A stretch of 64,000 nucleotides of DNA, taken from positions 1-64,000 of IMG/VR virus record IMGVR_UViG_3300044714_000074; one strand, given 5' to 3'. Source of the stretch: a virus. Every line of letters starts with the position of its first letter. Within the stretch, counting starts at the first letter, position 1. This document shows positions 45,015-53,875 of the stretch, piece by piece. The notes beneath the pieces were generated by a model. That model made no database searches, was not told the DNA's origin, and worked only from the letters and a program-made list of their open reading frames with translations. A program made the position numbers and the translations under genes.

Positions 45015-46232
45015 TCAGCCGCCGATGATGTGGCCGCCGCCACCGACGACTGGTGGATTGATTGTAAAGCCGCTGTTGCCCCCGTTATCTGACGAGTTAG
45101 TCGTCGTCAGCGTACCGGTCCCGGTTATCTTGAAGCCTATAAAGTTGCACCATGTGCAGGACGAATTGGAACCGATTGAAAGGGTTGCCACCCCGGTGCT
45201 ATTCGCGATCATGCCCAACTGCGCGCCGCTGGTGCCCGTACCCGTGATTGCTCCCGTGACCGTCGTAGTGGCGTTGTTTGGAAACTCAATGAGGTTCGCC
45301 CCGGTCAATGTCATGGACGCGAAGGTCGCGCCGCCACCGACGAAACTGACGCTATTGTTGGCTGTCGAGATCGGACTAGCGTTTCCAGTTATTGTTATCG
45401 CGCCGAATATTGATCCGGCTGTTGTGAAAGTGCGACCGCTCGTCGGCGTAGCCCCAGGAGTAACGATGAGCGACGCCGACGAGCAGCTTATTGTCCCGCT
45501 GACATTCCAGATCGTGCTGCCATTGGTATCGAGCGTCCATGTACCGGAACCGCAATTTATACTGCCAGCACCAGCCACCGAGCCGATGGTCACATTGGAG
45601 TTATTCGTTGTCGCATCAACCGTTCCCGCCGTGAGCGTCAGCACATAGCTTAAGGTCGAAGTCGAATTAATACCGTCCTCTAGCTCAAAGAAGCCGCCCG
45701 ACCCATTGAATGTGACGTTCTCAAGCGTGTTGTGAGACGGGTTGGTCCAGATTGTTGTCGGACTGACGGACGTGCCGGTCGTTGACGTAAATGCGATAGT
45801 GCGATTGGACCCTTCTGACAAAGTCAGACTGGCGTTCAAATAGAAATAATTTCCCGCCGTCGTTATGACGGTGCCGGTCGCCGTAATGGATAGCGTCCCA
45901 GCAAAGGCACCCTCGCCGTCACCAGACAGGTTCGTGTCGAGACTGTTGATCGTGATTGCGGCGGCAACGGTGGATGTGCCGGCGGTGAAGCCATCGAGCA
46001 CGATGTCGTCGTAGGGTGAGCTCGTTGCTGGAGTACAGGCGCACGATAAGCCGCCCGGCGTGGCCGACCACGCTGTAATCGTCCCCCAGTTCGTTCCCCC
46101 GATCCAGTAACAGGTATGGGCGCCCCCATGAACCGCCGTGCCGGTGCAGTTCGCCTCGGCCGGCGTCGGCACCAGCGCCGCACCAATCCAGACGCAGAGC
46201 GCGACGAGCGCGAGGCGGAGGAAGGTTTTCAT
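45015..46232 (-). CDS. secreted beta-helix/adhesin-like protein
   Basis: MKTFLRLALVALCVWIGAALVPTPAEA-N; YWIGG.NW...WS..GG entry motif; Thr/Gly/Ser-rich. Confidence 0.7.
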   Translation of the reverse strand: MKTFLRLALVALCVWIGAALVPTPAEANCTGTAVHGGAHTCYWIGGTNWGTITAWSATPGGLSCACTPATSSPYDDIVLDGFTAGTSTVAAAITINSLDTNLSGDGEGAFAGTLSITATGTVITTAGNYFYLNASLTLSEGSNRTIAFTSTTGTSVSPTTIWTNPSHNTLENVTFNGSGGFFELEDGINSTSTLSYVLTLTAGTVDATTNNSNVTIGSVAGAGSINCGSGTWTLDTNGSTIWNVSGTISCSSASLIVTPGATPTSGRTFTTAGSIFGAITITGNASPISTANNSVSFVGGGATFASMTLTGANLIEFPNNATTTVTGAITGTGTSGAQLGMIANSTGVATLSIGSNSSCTWCNFIGFKITGTGTLTTTNSSDNGGNSGFTINPPVVGGGGHIIGG

Positions 46233-46399
46233 TTTGTCACCGTACAGGTCAGCCCGATCCGCCAGCCTTCCAGGCAAAGCTGCTCCGGCGTCATAGGCTG
46301 CGAGAAGATCAGCATCTTTGCGGGTGGCTGATAGTTATGTACGACGCTCAGAAGCATCACGCACCAAAATGCGACAATGGTGGCCAACACAAACTTCAT
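46229..46399 (-). CDS. small signal-peptide/TM protein (56 aa)
   Basis: MKFVLATIVAFWCVMLLSVV...; stop overlaps the next ATG; translated by hand. Confidence 0.5.
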   Translation of the reverse strand: MKFVLATIVAFWCVMLLSVVHNYQPPAKMLIFSQPMTPEQLCLEGWRIGLTCTVTK

Positions 46400-46402
46400 G
46401 GC

Positions 46403-47866
46403 TCAGTTGTACCCGATGGTCAGCGACATCGCCGACGCCGTGGCGTTCGTCGTGTCGTTCGTCGCGTAGCCGCTGGTGACGCAGATGCTGATGCCGGTCG
46501 AGAACGGGATGCCGAACGGCAGCGGGATGTTGATGCCGCCGACCGAGGTCGAGGCCGGTATCTGGATTTGAGCGATCAGGTTCGTTGCACTACCGCAGCC
46601 GTTGAAGCCCGACGCGGCGTTGTAGAACCGCAGATAGTTCACCGTGGCAGAATTGTTCTCGGCGAGAATCCAATAGACCTGGCCGGCGCCGTTCTTGACG
46701 TTGGTGTGGTTGTCGCTCGCCGCCGGCTGCAAGAAGTACGTCGTGTAGCCGCCCGAGGTCACCAGCGAGGGAACGACGCCGTTGCCGTTGGCGACGGTCG
46801 GGGTCGTGTTCAGCGACATCGGCTGCGGCGTGCCGCTGGCGACGCCTTGGACACTTAGAACTTGCGTCGATGGTGTTCCCGCCGTGCCCGGCGCCGAACC
46901 CGCGATGGTGGTCGTGTCCTGCCCGACCGCGACGCGCAAGGTGCCAGTGCCAACAGCACCGGCTCCCACCGACGCCGTCGCCCCACCGATCTGAGTCAAG
47001 TTGACCGACTGGTTGGCGACCAGGGCACCGATGACATTGGTGCCGGCCGGGATGCTGGATTGAACGGCGGTTATCAGCGCTGAAAGCTGGTTGTAGAGTC
47101 CCTTGAGCAGCGCAACAACCGACCACGCATTGGTGCTGTTGTTCGCGGCGCTATCGGTCGTCGAGCCCTCTGCAGTATCGGCACCGTTGGCGATGGTGAC
47201 GGCACCGCCTCCACCGCCGCCACTGCTTCCTGTGCCGCCAGCGAACTGCGCGCAGCTTGTCATCTGCGTCAGGTTGACTTTCCCCGTCCCGGTCGCGGCG
47301 AAGACCGCCAGCGTGGTTGCCGGGCCGACGTTCAAAATGCAGAGGCCGCCCGTCGGCAACACCGGATTCGATGCCGACGCCGTGATGTTCGACGCGCCAA
47401 GCGCATAGTTGACGTTCACCGTGGTGCTCTGATCAGGGACGATCAGAAGCGCCGGGAAACTCTTCGTACTGGCAGGTAGCGCAACGCTGGCGGAAGTTGC
47501 GCTGCTCGACGTCGCCGATGCGCCGAGATTGCTGACCGACTGCGCGGTGGCGAGGCGCGGAGCGAAGCAGAGCGCCGCGGCGATCAACCCGGCGATTGCG
47601 ATCTTGCCGAGATGCTTCATGTAGGTCCCGCCTTTCACCTTGGCGAGATGCTCGTCGACGAGCGCCTCGGCCTTCTCCGCATCATCGCACGATTCCCCGC
47701 CGATCACAGCCGCGATCTCGAGGAGCGGGAGACCGCCATGCGCCGCGAGGAATTGCAACGTCCGGCCGGTCGTCTTCTCGATCGCCGCGCGGTGCGGCTC
47801 GACCAGATTCCACGGAACGCTGGTCCGCTTCTCCGATCCGGTCACCGGGAACGTCAGTCCGATCAT
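46403..47866 (-). CDS. beta-rich virion-like protein with signal peptide at internal Met (47620), fused in frame to an 82-aa upstream module
   Basis: ATGA-coupled start at 47866; MKHLGKIAIAGLIAAALCFAPRLATA-Q at 47620; C-terminal VKNGAG...GIPFSTGI domain. Confidence 0.65.
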   Translation of the reverse strand: MIGLTFPVTGSEKRTSVPWNLVEPHRAAIEKTTGRTLQFLAAHGGLPLLEIAAVIGGESCDDAEKAEALVDEHLAKVKGGTYMKHLGKIAIAGLIAAALCFAPRLATAQSVSNLGASATSSSATSASVALPASTKSFPALLIVPDQSTTVNVNYALGASNITASASNPVLPTGGLCILNVGPATTLAVFAATGTGKVNLTQMTSCAQFAGGTGSSGGGGGGAVTIANGADTAEGSTTDSAANNSTNAWSVVALLKGLYNQLSALITAVQSSIPAGTNVIGALVANQSVNLTQIGGATASVGAGAVGTGTLRVAVGQDTTTIAGSAPGTAGTPSTQVLSVQGVASGTPQPMSLNTTPTVANGNGVVPSLVTSGGYTTYFLQPAASDNHTNVKNGAGQVYWILAENNSATVNYLRFYNAASGFNGCGSATNLIAQIQIPASTSVGGINIPLPFGIPFSTGISICVTSGYATNDTTNATASAMSLTIGYN

Positions 47867-48381
47867 GAGATGCCCCACGTCGTCGGCCCGTAACTCTGGG
47901 CCAGACCGAGATATGTCCGGCCCCAAGGAGTCTTGAGGTTACCTAAATCTTTCAGCGTAAAATTCTTGGCGGCGTCCTGAACGACCATGGTCTCGCTCGT
48001 TGATTCATCCGACGCCGATTGTATCACGCCCGACACGAAGCCGAGGATGTTCCATTTCTTGCGCGAGTATTCAAAGAACGGCAGCGGCGGATTGCTGCCG
48101 TCTACCGTTGGCGCATCCGGCAAATCCTGCGCGTAGTTGAACACGTTGTCGGCGGCGAGGTTATAGACCGCGAGCGCGAAGATCGACCAGCCGCCGGAGT
48201 TCAGCACCGCGCCGGCCGAATCGGTCGACGGGACCGGGATGCACCGAAGCGCGGGATTGACGATCGCCAGGGCGACGGCGAAGGCCATCGCGACGACCGG
48301 GGAATCAGACGGAAGGATCGTCGTGCTGATCCCGACGACGTTGATGAGGAAGGCCTGGAACCCGGCGAGCGTCGGCTGCAT
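47863..48381 (-). CDS. head-tail connector (DUF4054-like)
   Basis: AVYNLA, GVIQSASDESTS, KTPWGRTYL. Confidence 0.8.
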   Translation of the reverse strand: MQPTLAGFQAFLINVVGISTTILPSDSPVVAMAFAVALAIVNPALRCIPVPSTDSAGAVLNSGGWSIFALAVYNLAADNVFNYAQDLPDAPTVDGSNPPLPFFEYSRKKWNILGFVSGVIQSASDESTSETMVVQDAAKNFTLKDLGNLKTPWGRTYLGLAQSYGPTTWGIS

Positions 48382-48399
48382 CCGTCCTCCTCGCCACGA

Positions 48400-49002
48400 T
48401 CAGGCTCGCGGGCGCGATCCTCGCTTCGCCCGGCCGGACGACGGCTTGCCCGATGACGGTCGGCCGGAAGCCGGGGCGGCCGCGGAAATGCGGTAGCCTT
48501 CCTCGATCCGCTTCTCGCCGGCCTCGCTCTGCTCTTCCTGCTCGAACTCGACCTCGACCGCCGGCGTCGGCTCGATCTCGATGCCCTTCGCCGCGAACTC
48601 GTTCGACACCGCCTGCGTGATCAGTTCGTTCGATGCGACCGCGGCTCGAGCCCGACGGTCGATTCCCTCCTGCGTGAGCAGCCCGGCGTTGAGGTCCATG
48701 ACGTAGCGGATGGTGTCCGCCGGCACCGGACGGTCGACGTTGAAGACGAACGGGATCTTGCCCCTGACGCGGGGAACCTCGGCGACGCCGACCATGCCGT
48801 ACTTGCCGAGCTGGCCGCAGATCGATTCGACCTGCTGAAGATGAAGGTCCTTGTTGCCGATCACCACCTGACGGCCCGGCGCCACCGGCTGCTTGTTGGC
48901 AGGCCGAAACGCGATTTCCGGAGATCCCTTCGGCGTGAAATCGAGGCGGTAGTAAAGCTCGTGATTCTGCCGCGTGCAGTTCGCGACGTACAGTCTGGTC
49001 AT
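48400..49002 (-). CDS. head-associated hypothetical protein
   Basis: LYVANCTRQ.H..YR; directly after the capsid gene. Confidence 0.7.
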   Translation of the reverse strand: MTRLYVANCTRQNHELYYRLDFTPKGSPEIAFRPANKQPVAPGRQVVIGNKDLHLQQVESICGQLGKYGMVGVAEVPRVRGKIPFVFNVDRPVPADTIRYVMDLNAGLLTQEGIDRRARAAVASNELITQAVSNEFAAKGIEIEPTPAVEVEFEQEEQSEAGEKRIEEGYRISAAAPASGRPSSGKPSSGRAKRGSRPRA

Positions 49003-49107
49003 GGTTTCGGTTCCCTGTGCTGGTGCGGAGGATGGCCTGCAGGCGTCCGAGTGCCCACCATCTCTCCCCGTCCCGGACTTCCTCGTCGGCCGATTCGGCT
49101 TCAGCCC

Positions 49108-50133
49108 TTACTGATACGTCATGCTCACAATCGTAAGCGCTTGGTAGCGCGGGGCCCATCCCGACGTGATCCTCCATTCCTGCACGAAGTCAGTCGCGCC
49201 GCCGGCGAGCGGCGAGATGATCTCGCGCGGCGCCGCCATGTCGCAGTACTGCGTCAGGCAGACGTTGTTGCCGGGCGCCATCTTGGCGAACTCGCTCGTG
49301 TTCACCGGCATGTCGCCGTCCGGTTTCGAGACCTCCGGCATCGCCAGGATCACGATGTCGGTGTCGGAGTTGACCCCGGCGCCCTGGAGCGTGTCGTCGT
49401 ACGCCCAGGTCAGATCGTCGCCGTTCGACATCAGGATTTCCTTGAGCGTTCCCGCAGTCGACTGCGTGCCGGCGCCGACGCGCTGGTACTGGACGAGTTC
49501 GACGACGTTGTACTCGAAGAGGCCGAGCGTCCGCTGCGGGCCGAGGATCGTGAACTTCTTGCCGATCCCGAGCTGGTAGGTCCGCGTCTTGATGTTCAAA
49601 ATCTGCTGCGCGAGGAAGAACGCCATCTGGCCGTTGTCGTAGGTGACCACGGTGTCGTTGCCGTTGGTGTCCGCCGGCAGGTTGACCGACGTCGCGCCCG
49701 GCGCGTTGAGCAGGCCCTCGCCGTTCTGCGGGTTGAAGCCGAAGAGGTTGGCGTCGCGGGCCAGCTGGAAGTGGGCCTGCCGGCCGCCGAGGCGGTAGGC
49801 CTCCGGAACGGCGAAGCCCCAACGACCACCGGCGGCGACGTCGTGATGATCATACTCGGCGCGCACCTTCTGCAGGTACGTCGGAGCCGAGAACATCGTC
49901 GCTTGGATGTCGACGCCGGGCAACTCGTTCATGCTCGCCGTGCCGGCCGCCATCTTGGTCCGCAGGTTCAGCTGCTTCATGTAGACGATGAGATCGTCCT
50001 CCGCGAGCCGAACCCGAAGCTGGCCGTCGGCGAGCGTGTCGACGAAGCCCGAGGCTTGGCTGTACTGAAGCAAAATCTCCGGCTCGATGAACGAGGGGTT
50101 CAGCGTCACGTAGGCGTGGGCTTGGATGGTCAC
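49108..50133 (-). CDS. major capsid protein (DUF2184-like)
   Basis: 341 aa; NGEGLLNAPGA, APREI.SP, R.TSGW..R; after scaffold and decoration genes. Confidence 0.85.
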   Translation of the reverse strand: MTIQAHAYVTLNPSFIEPEILLQYSQASGFVDTLADGQLRVRLAEDDLIVYMKQLNLRTKMAAGTASMNELPGVDIQATMFSAPTYLQKVRAEYDHHDVAAGGRWGFAVPEAYRLGGRQAHFQLARDANLFGFNPQNGEGLLNAPGATSVNLPADTNGNDTVVTYDNGQMAFFLAQQILNIKTRTYQLGIGKKFTILGPQRTLGLFEYNVVELVQYQRVGAGTQSTAGTLKEILMSNGDDLTWAYDDTLQGAGVNSDTDIVILAMPEVSKPDGDMPVNTSEFAKMAPGNNVCLTQYCDMAAPREIISPLAGGATDFVQEWRITSGWAPRYQALTIVSMTYQ

Positions 50134-50192
50134 TGGGTCAGCTCCTTAGAAGAACGTGTTTCTTCCTCGTTCGCGAGCGCCGAAGAGAGCGC

Positions 50193-51080
50193 TCAAATCT
50201 GGATGACGGCGCACGCTCCGTTGTAGTTCCAGGTCGCGTAGCCAGTCGCCGAGGCGTAGGAGACCGTCTCGCAGTTCGTCGCCTGGACGTCGAGCACCTT
50301 GACGTTGAGCGCTTGGCTCGCCGAGCCGCCGACCGTCAGCGTGCCGCTGGTGATCGTCGAGGCGCCGAGGCCGGCCGCGGCCTGATAGGTCACCGACGTT
50401 CCGGAGGCCGTCAGCGCCGTGAAGGTGCCGGCGAGGCTGGCGAAGGCGCCGGTGCCGGAGAGGCCGGCGACGGTGATCGAGTCGCCGGCGTCGAACGTCA
50501 CCGCAACCGCCATCACCAGCGTCACGATGCCGGTGGTGTTGTTGTAGGTGCCCGACGAGATCGTCAGCGAGCCGAGGTAGGGGACGAGCAGCTGGTTCGT
50601 GAAGTCCCAGGAGACATTCGCCCCGATCGGGCCGGCGCGGAGGTCGATCAGCGCCGGGTCGCAAGCCACGGCGATGCGAGCCAGCGAGCCGAGCGGATAG
50701 ACGGCAACCTGCCCGTAGGAGCCGATCAGCGGCACCGGCGACTGCGGCGACGTCACCATTCCGTAGGCTTGGTCGAAGACCGAGAAGCCAGCAAGCGCGG
50801 TGTTGCCGGTCAGCGCGGTGGCGCGGCCGCAGATCGGGCCGAGCGAGTAGTTCGGGTTCGTGGTGCCGCCGGTGGCGCTGCCGGGAACATCCATGTAGAC
50901 GCCGACGCCGCCCCACATCGGGAGCGTCTCCGTGTTCGCCAGGAGGCAGCCGCGGAGCCGATAGCGCGTCGACGGATCGGGATAGGCGGTGCCCTGCCGA
51001 AGACCGGTCGAGGAGACGTTGAAAAGCCCGGCATTGCCGGCGGATTGAGCGTACGGGTTGAAGGTGACGGTGGCGGGCAT
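50193..51080 (-). CDS. head decoration/cement protein
   Basis: QGTA..DP..R, PMWGGV, GFSVFDQA, GSLARIAV.CDP, VSWDF. Confidence 0.8.
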   Translation of the reverse strand: MPATVTFNPYAQSAGNAGLFNVSSTGLRQGTAYPDPSTRYRLRGCLLANTETLPMWGGVGVYMDVPGSATGGTTNPNYSLGPICGRATALTGNTALAGFSVFDQAYGMVTSPQSPVPLIGSYGQVAVYPLGSLARIAVACDPALIDLRAGPIGANVSWDFTNQLLVPYLGSLTISSGTYNNTTGIVTLVMAVAVTFDAGDSITVAGLSGTGAFASLAGTFTALTASGTSVTYQAAAGLGASTITSGTLTVGGSASQALNVKVLDVQATNCETVSYASATGYATWNYNGACAVIQI

Positions 51081-51147
51081 CGGTCTTGTGCTCCTGGAGT
51101 TGGTGCGCCTTCGGTTCCCTGTCGCGTCGGTCGGATCGGCGGCTCAA

Positions 51148-53088
51148 TCAGTTGCCGCCGAGCCCTCGCATCTTGAACTGGCCGGTGCCCTTGAGCTGGA
51201 CGTTCCCGACGAACCGGTTCATCCACGCCGCCGGCTCGCCGACGAAGGTCACGTAGGTATGACCGCCAACGGTTTTGCGGATTTCCCGCAGCTTTCCAGC
51301 TCCAACTGTAGCCGGGCTCATCGCGGTGCGGCTGGCGTCGGCGTAGATTTGCGTCTCGGCGACGGTAAATGCGGCGTCGTCGGCGAACGCGGAGCCGGAA
51401 ACATCGACCGGTTTCCAGGTCTGGCTGTGCTGCTTGAGGTCCTTCGCGATCCGGCGGCGGTAAAGCGGTGCCGTCTCGCCGAGCAGCGGGCGCGGCGCCT
51501 GCTGGCCGAACTTCGAATAGACCTCGTCGGCGCGGGCCTGCGCGTCGACCATGGCGTGGAAGTCGGAGTCGGCCTGCGAGGCCGGAATTTTCCTGGCCAG
51601 CTCGTCGATCCGCTTGTTGATGTCGGCGGAGTCGGCCTTCGCGGCGTCGGCCTTCTTCTTCTCTTCCTCGGCCTCCGCGTCGGCTTTCTTCTTCGCGTCC
51701 TCGGCGTCCTTCTTCGCCTTGTCGGCGGCGAGGCGCTCCGGGTCTTCGGCGGCAGCGGCGTCGGCTTTGCGCTTCTCTTCGGCGTCCTTGCGCTCCTTTT
51801 CGGAGGCTTCGAGCGAATCCATGCGCTTGCTCATGGAGTCGCAGAACTCGTCCATCTTGGCCAGCGTCTTGTCGAGCGCGGTGCCGGCAGCGGCGTCCGC
51901 CTTCTTCTTTTCCTCAGCTTCGGCGTCGGCCTTTTTCTTCGCGGCCTCGGCTTCCTCGGCGTCTTTTTTGGCCTTGTCGGCTGCCATTTCCGCGTCCTTC
52001 TTGGCCTTCTCTTCTTCCGGGGTCATCGCTGAGTCCTCTCTTGATTCGGATCGGATTCCGGTGGGCGGCCCCATCTTGTCCCAGACACCGAGGGGCGCAA
52101 TCGCGACGTGGTCGAGCAGGGACGGGTCACCTTCGATCAGCACCTTTCGCCCGTCGTCAGTGGTCAGCTTCGAGTTGACTTCCACGTTGTGGAAGAAGAC
52201 CGCAGGCGACGTCGAAAGCTGCTTGTCCTCCATTTCCCGGGCGGCATCGTCGTCGTAAATCTTGGCGATGCCCCAAACCTCGCTTCCAGCGATATACGGC
52301 AAAAAAATGCTTCCCACAACTCTTTCGGAGAACTCTTCCGAGTTGAGCATGGATTTTGCGGGATGCAGCCAGATCACTGGGAGCCCGTTGCAGCGCGTCA
52401 GGAACTCCTCGTTGAGATAGTTTTCCGGGTTTCTGTGGACGAACTCGTTGTGCTTGGTCCGGTAGGCGACGTCGGTCCCGGTGATCCGAATCGCGAACAG
52501 CATCACCCCGGCTTTATCGTCGCCGTAGTATTGCGGCGAGGTCAGACGGCCGTCGGCGATGGCGCGGGCGACGCCGAGTTCGTTCATGCCGAGTCGGTCG
52601 AGAGCGATCCGGCATCCGGGATGAAGCGGCTCCGGCGGCGCATCGAGCGGAGCCCACGCCCATCCGTCGTGCTCGTCATTGAGCTCCGGCGTGAACTCGT
52701 TGGTGACCTTCTGGACGAAAACGGTGAAGTCCACCGGTGGCAGCGCGATCGCAGGAGCGGGAATGAGCGGCTGCGCGGTCGCGACGCCAGGAGGAGCCGC
52801 CGGGGCGCCCGCGGCGACAGGGATCACCGCCGGCGCCCCGAGGCCGACCGCGGCTTGCGCCCCGGTAGCCGGTTTCGTTCTAGTGAGATAGCGGCGCTCG
52901 CCGTCGGGAAGGAAGCCGATCTCCTCCCTCGTCTCGCGGATGGCGCACTGCTCGGCGGTCTCGTCGCCTTCCTGGCCGCCGCCGGGGAAGTCGTAGCACC
53001 CGGGGCAGTCGGGCGCGCTCATCGTCCGCCGCAAGAACAGCGCGGTGTTGTTCAGGGAAACGAAGAGGATGCCGGCGGCTTTCATCAC
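51148..53088 (-). CDS. NUDIX hydrolase fused to DUF2213 prohead protease/scaffold
   Basis: Nudix box GGGQEGDETAEQCAIRETREEIG; RITGT, GLPVIWLHP, STSP, LDHVAI..GVWD; Ala/Asp/Lys-rich scaffold. Confidence 0.88.
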   Translation of the reverse strand: MMKAAGILFVSLNNTALFLRRTMSAPDCPGCYDFPGGGQEGDETAEQCAIRETREEIGFLPDGERRYLTRTKPATGAQAAVGLGAPAVIPVAAGAPAAPPGVATAQPLIPAPAIALPPVDFTVFVQKVTNEFTPELNDEHDGWAWAPLDAPPEPLHPGCRIALDRLGMNELGVARAIADGRLTSPQYYGDDKAGVMLFAIRITGTDVAYRTKHNEFVHRNPENYLNEEFLTRCNGLPVIWLHPAKSMLNSEEFSERVVGSIFLPYIAGSEVWGIAKIYDDDAAREMEDKQLSTSPAVFFHNVEVNSKLTTDDGRKVLIEGDPSLLDHVAIAPLGVWDKMGPPTGIRSESREDSAMTPEEEKAKKDAEMAADKAKKDAEEAEAAKKKADAEAEEKKKADAAAGTALDKTLAKMDEFCDSMSKRMDSLEASEKERKDAEEKRKADAAAAEDPERLAADKAKKDAEDAKKKADAEAEEEKKKADAAKADSADINKRIDELARKIPASQADSDFHAMVDAQARADEVYSKFGQQAPRPLLGETAPLYRRRIAKDLKQHSQTWKPVDVSGSAFADDAAFTVAETQIYADASRTAMSPATVGAGKLREIRKTVGGHTYVTFVGEPAAWMNRFVGNVQLKGTGQFKMRGLGGN

Positions 53089-53091
53089 GAT

Positions 53092-53370
53092 TTATCGGTC
53101 CCAAATCGGATGAATAGTGTTCGGCGCAATGCCGAGAATTTCGCGCAATACCGGAGCGTTGGTCGGGTCGATCTCGCTGACCGGATCATGGATTATTTCG
53201 ATGAAGTTCTTGTGGTATTGATGCTTCGATTTGAGAGCATCCCACTTCACTAACACTGTTTCGCCGCCGCGTTGGACTCTTATCAATTCGCCTTCTCGGT
53301 CAGCGTTTTTCCGAGGCGTCAACCATTCCAAACCCTTTTTGCTGAATCGACATCTTGGCATTTTAGTCAC
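53092..53370 (-). CDS. hypothetical protein
   Basis: Lower GC, in the operon. Confidence 0.5.
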   Translation of the reverse strand: MTKMPRCRFSKKGLEWLTPRKNADREGELIRVQRGGETVLVKWDALKSKHQYHKNFIEIIHDPVSEIDPTNAPVLREILGIAPNTIHPIWDR

Positions 53371-53591
53371 CTGCTACGAGCACAATACGCATCCATCCGC
53401 CCCATCACCGATTCCATCTTCGCAAAAACGTCCTCGATGTTGCGGCCGTGAAGTCGGGCGGTGTGATCGGAATCGCCGCGCGATTTATTGAGCGCAGCCG
53501 CAACGGCTTGCTTCTGCGGATGTCCAGCGTGCACCATTTCGCTGATGTTCTCGCTGATTGTTTCACGTGAAGTGCCGGACTTCAGCGGCAT
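53367..53591 (-). CDS. small phage protein (MPLKSG.S.ETIS.NI.E...G.PQKQAVA family)
   Basis: Widespread head-region motif. Confidence 0.75.
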   Translation of the reverse strand: MPLKSGTSRETISENISEMVHAGHPQKQAVAAALNKSRGDSDHTARLHGRNIEDVFAKMESVMGRMDAYCARSR

Positions 53592-53595
53592 GGCG

Positions 53596-53871
53596 TCACC
53601 CGTTCCGCTCGCAGGCCTCGACAAACGCTTGAATCGAAGCCGCCTGACGATCAGCGGCGATGTAGCTGTCCTCCTGGCGGAACGTCCAGACGCCGTCCTC
53701 GTATCGAACGATCGAGAGTTCTCCGGCCATGTTCAGGTTGATCGGGAAGTAGAATCCGGTGTGATCATTGCTCGGCGTCCCGGTCTTGAAACCGGCCGCC
53801 TTCAGCTTCGCGACCAGCGGCGTCGCGATGAGCTTCTGAAGCTCGCGGTCCGTCATCTGGAGTTCGCGCAC
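53596..53871 (-). CDS. hypothetical protein
   Basis: In the operon. Confidence 0.55.
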   Translation of the reverse strand: MRELQMTDRELQKLIATPLVAKLKAAGFKTGTPSNDHTGFYFPINLNMAGELSIVRYEDGVWTFRQEDSYIAADRQAASIQAFVEACERNG

Positions 53872-53875
53872 GGGC

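Noticed and set aside
51600-52030. GC-rich tandem-like repeats
   Set aside because: Explained by the KADA/EEKKK low-complexity scaffold coding sequence; not a CRISPR or ncRNA array
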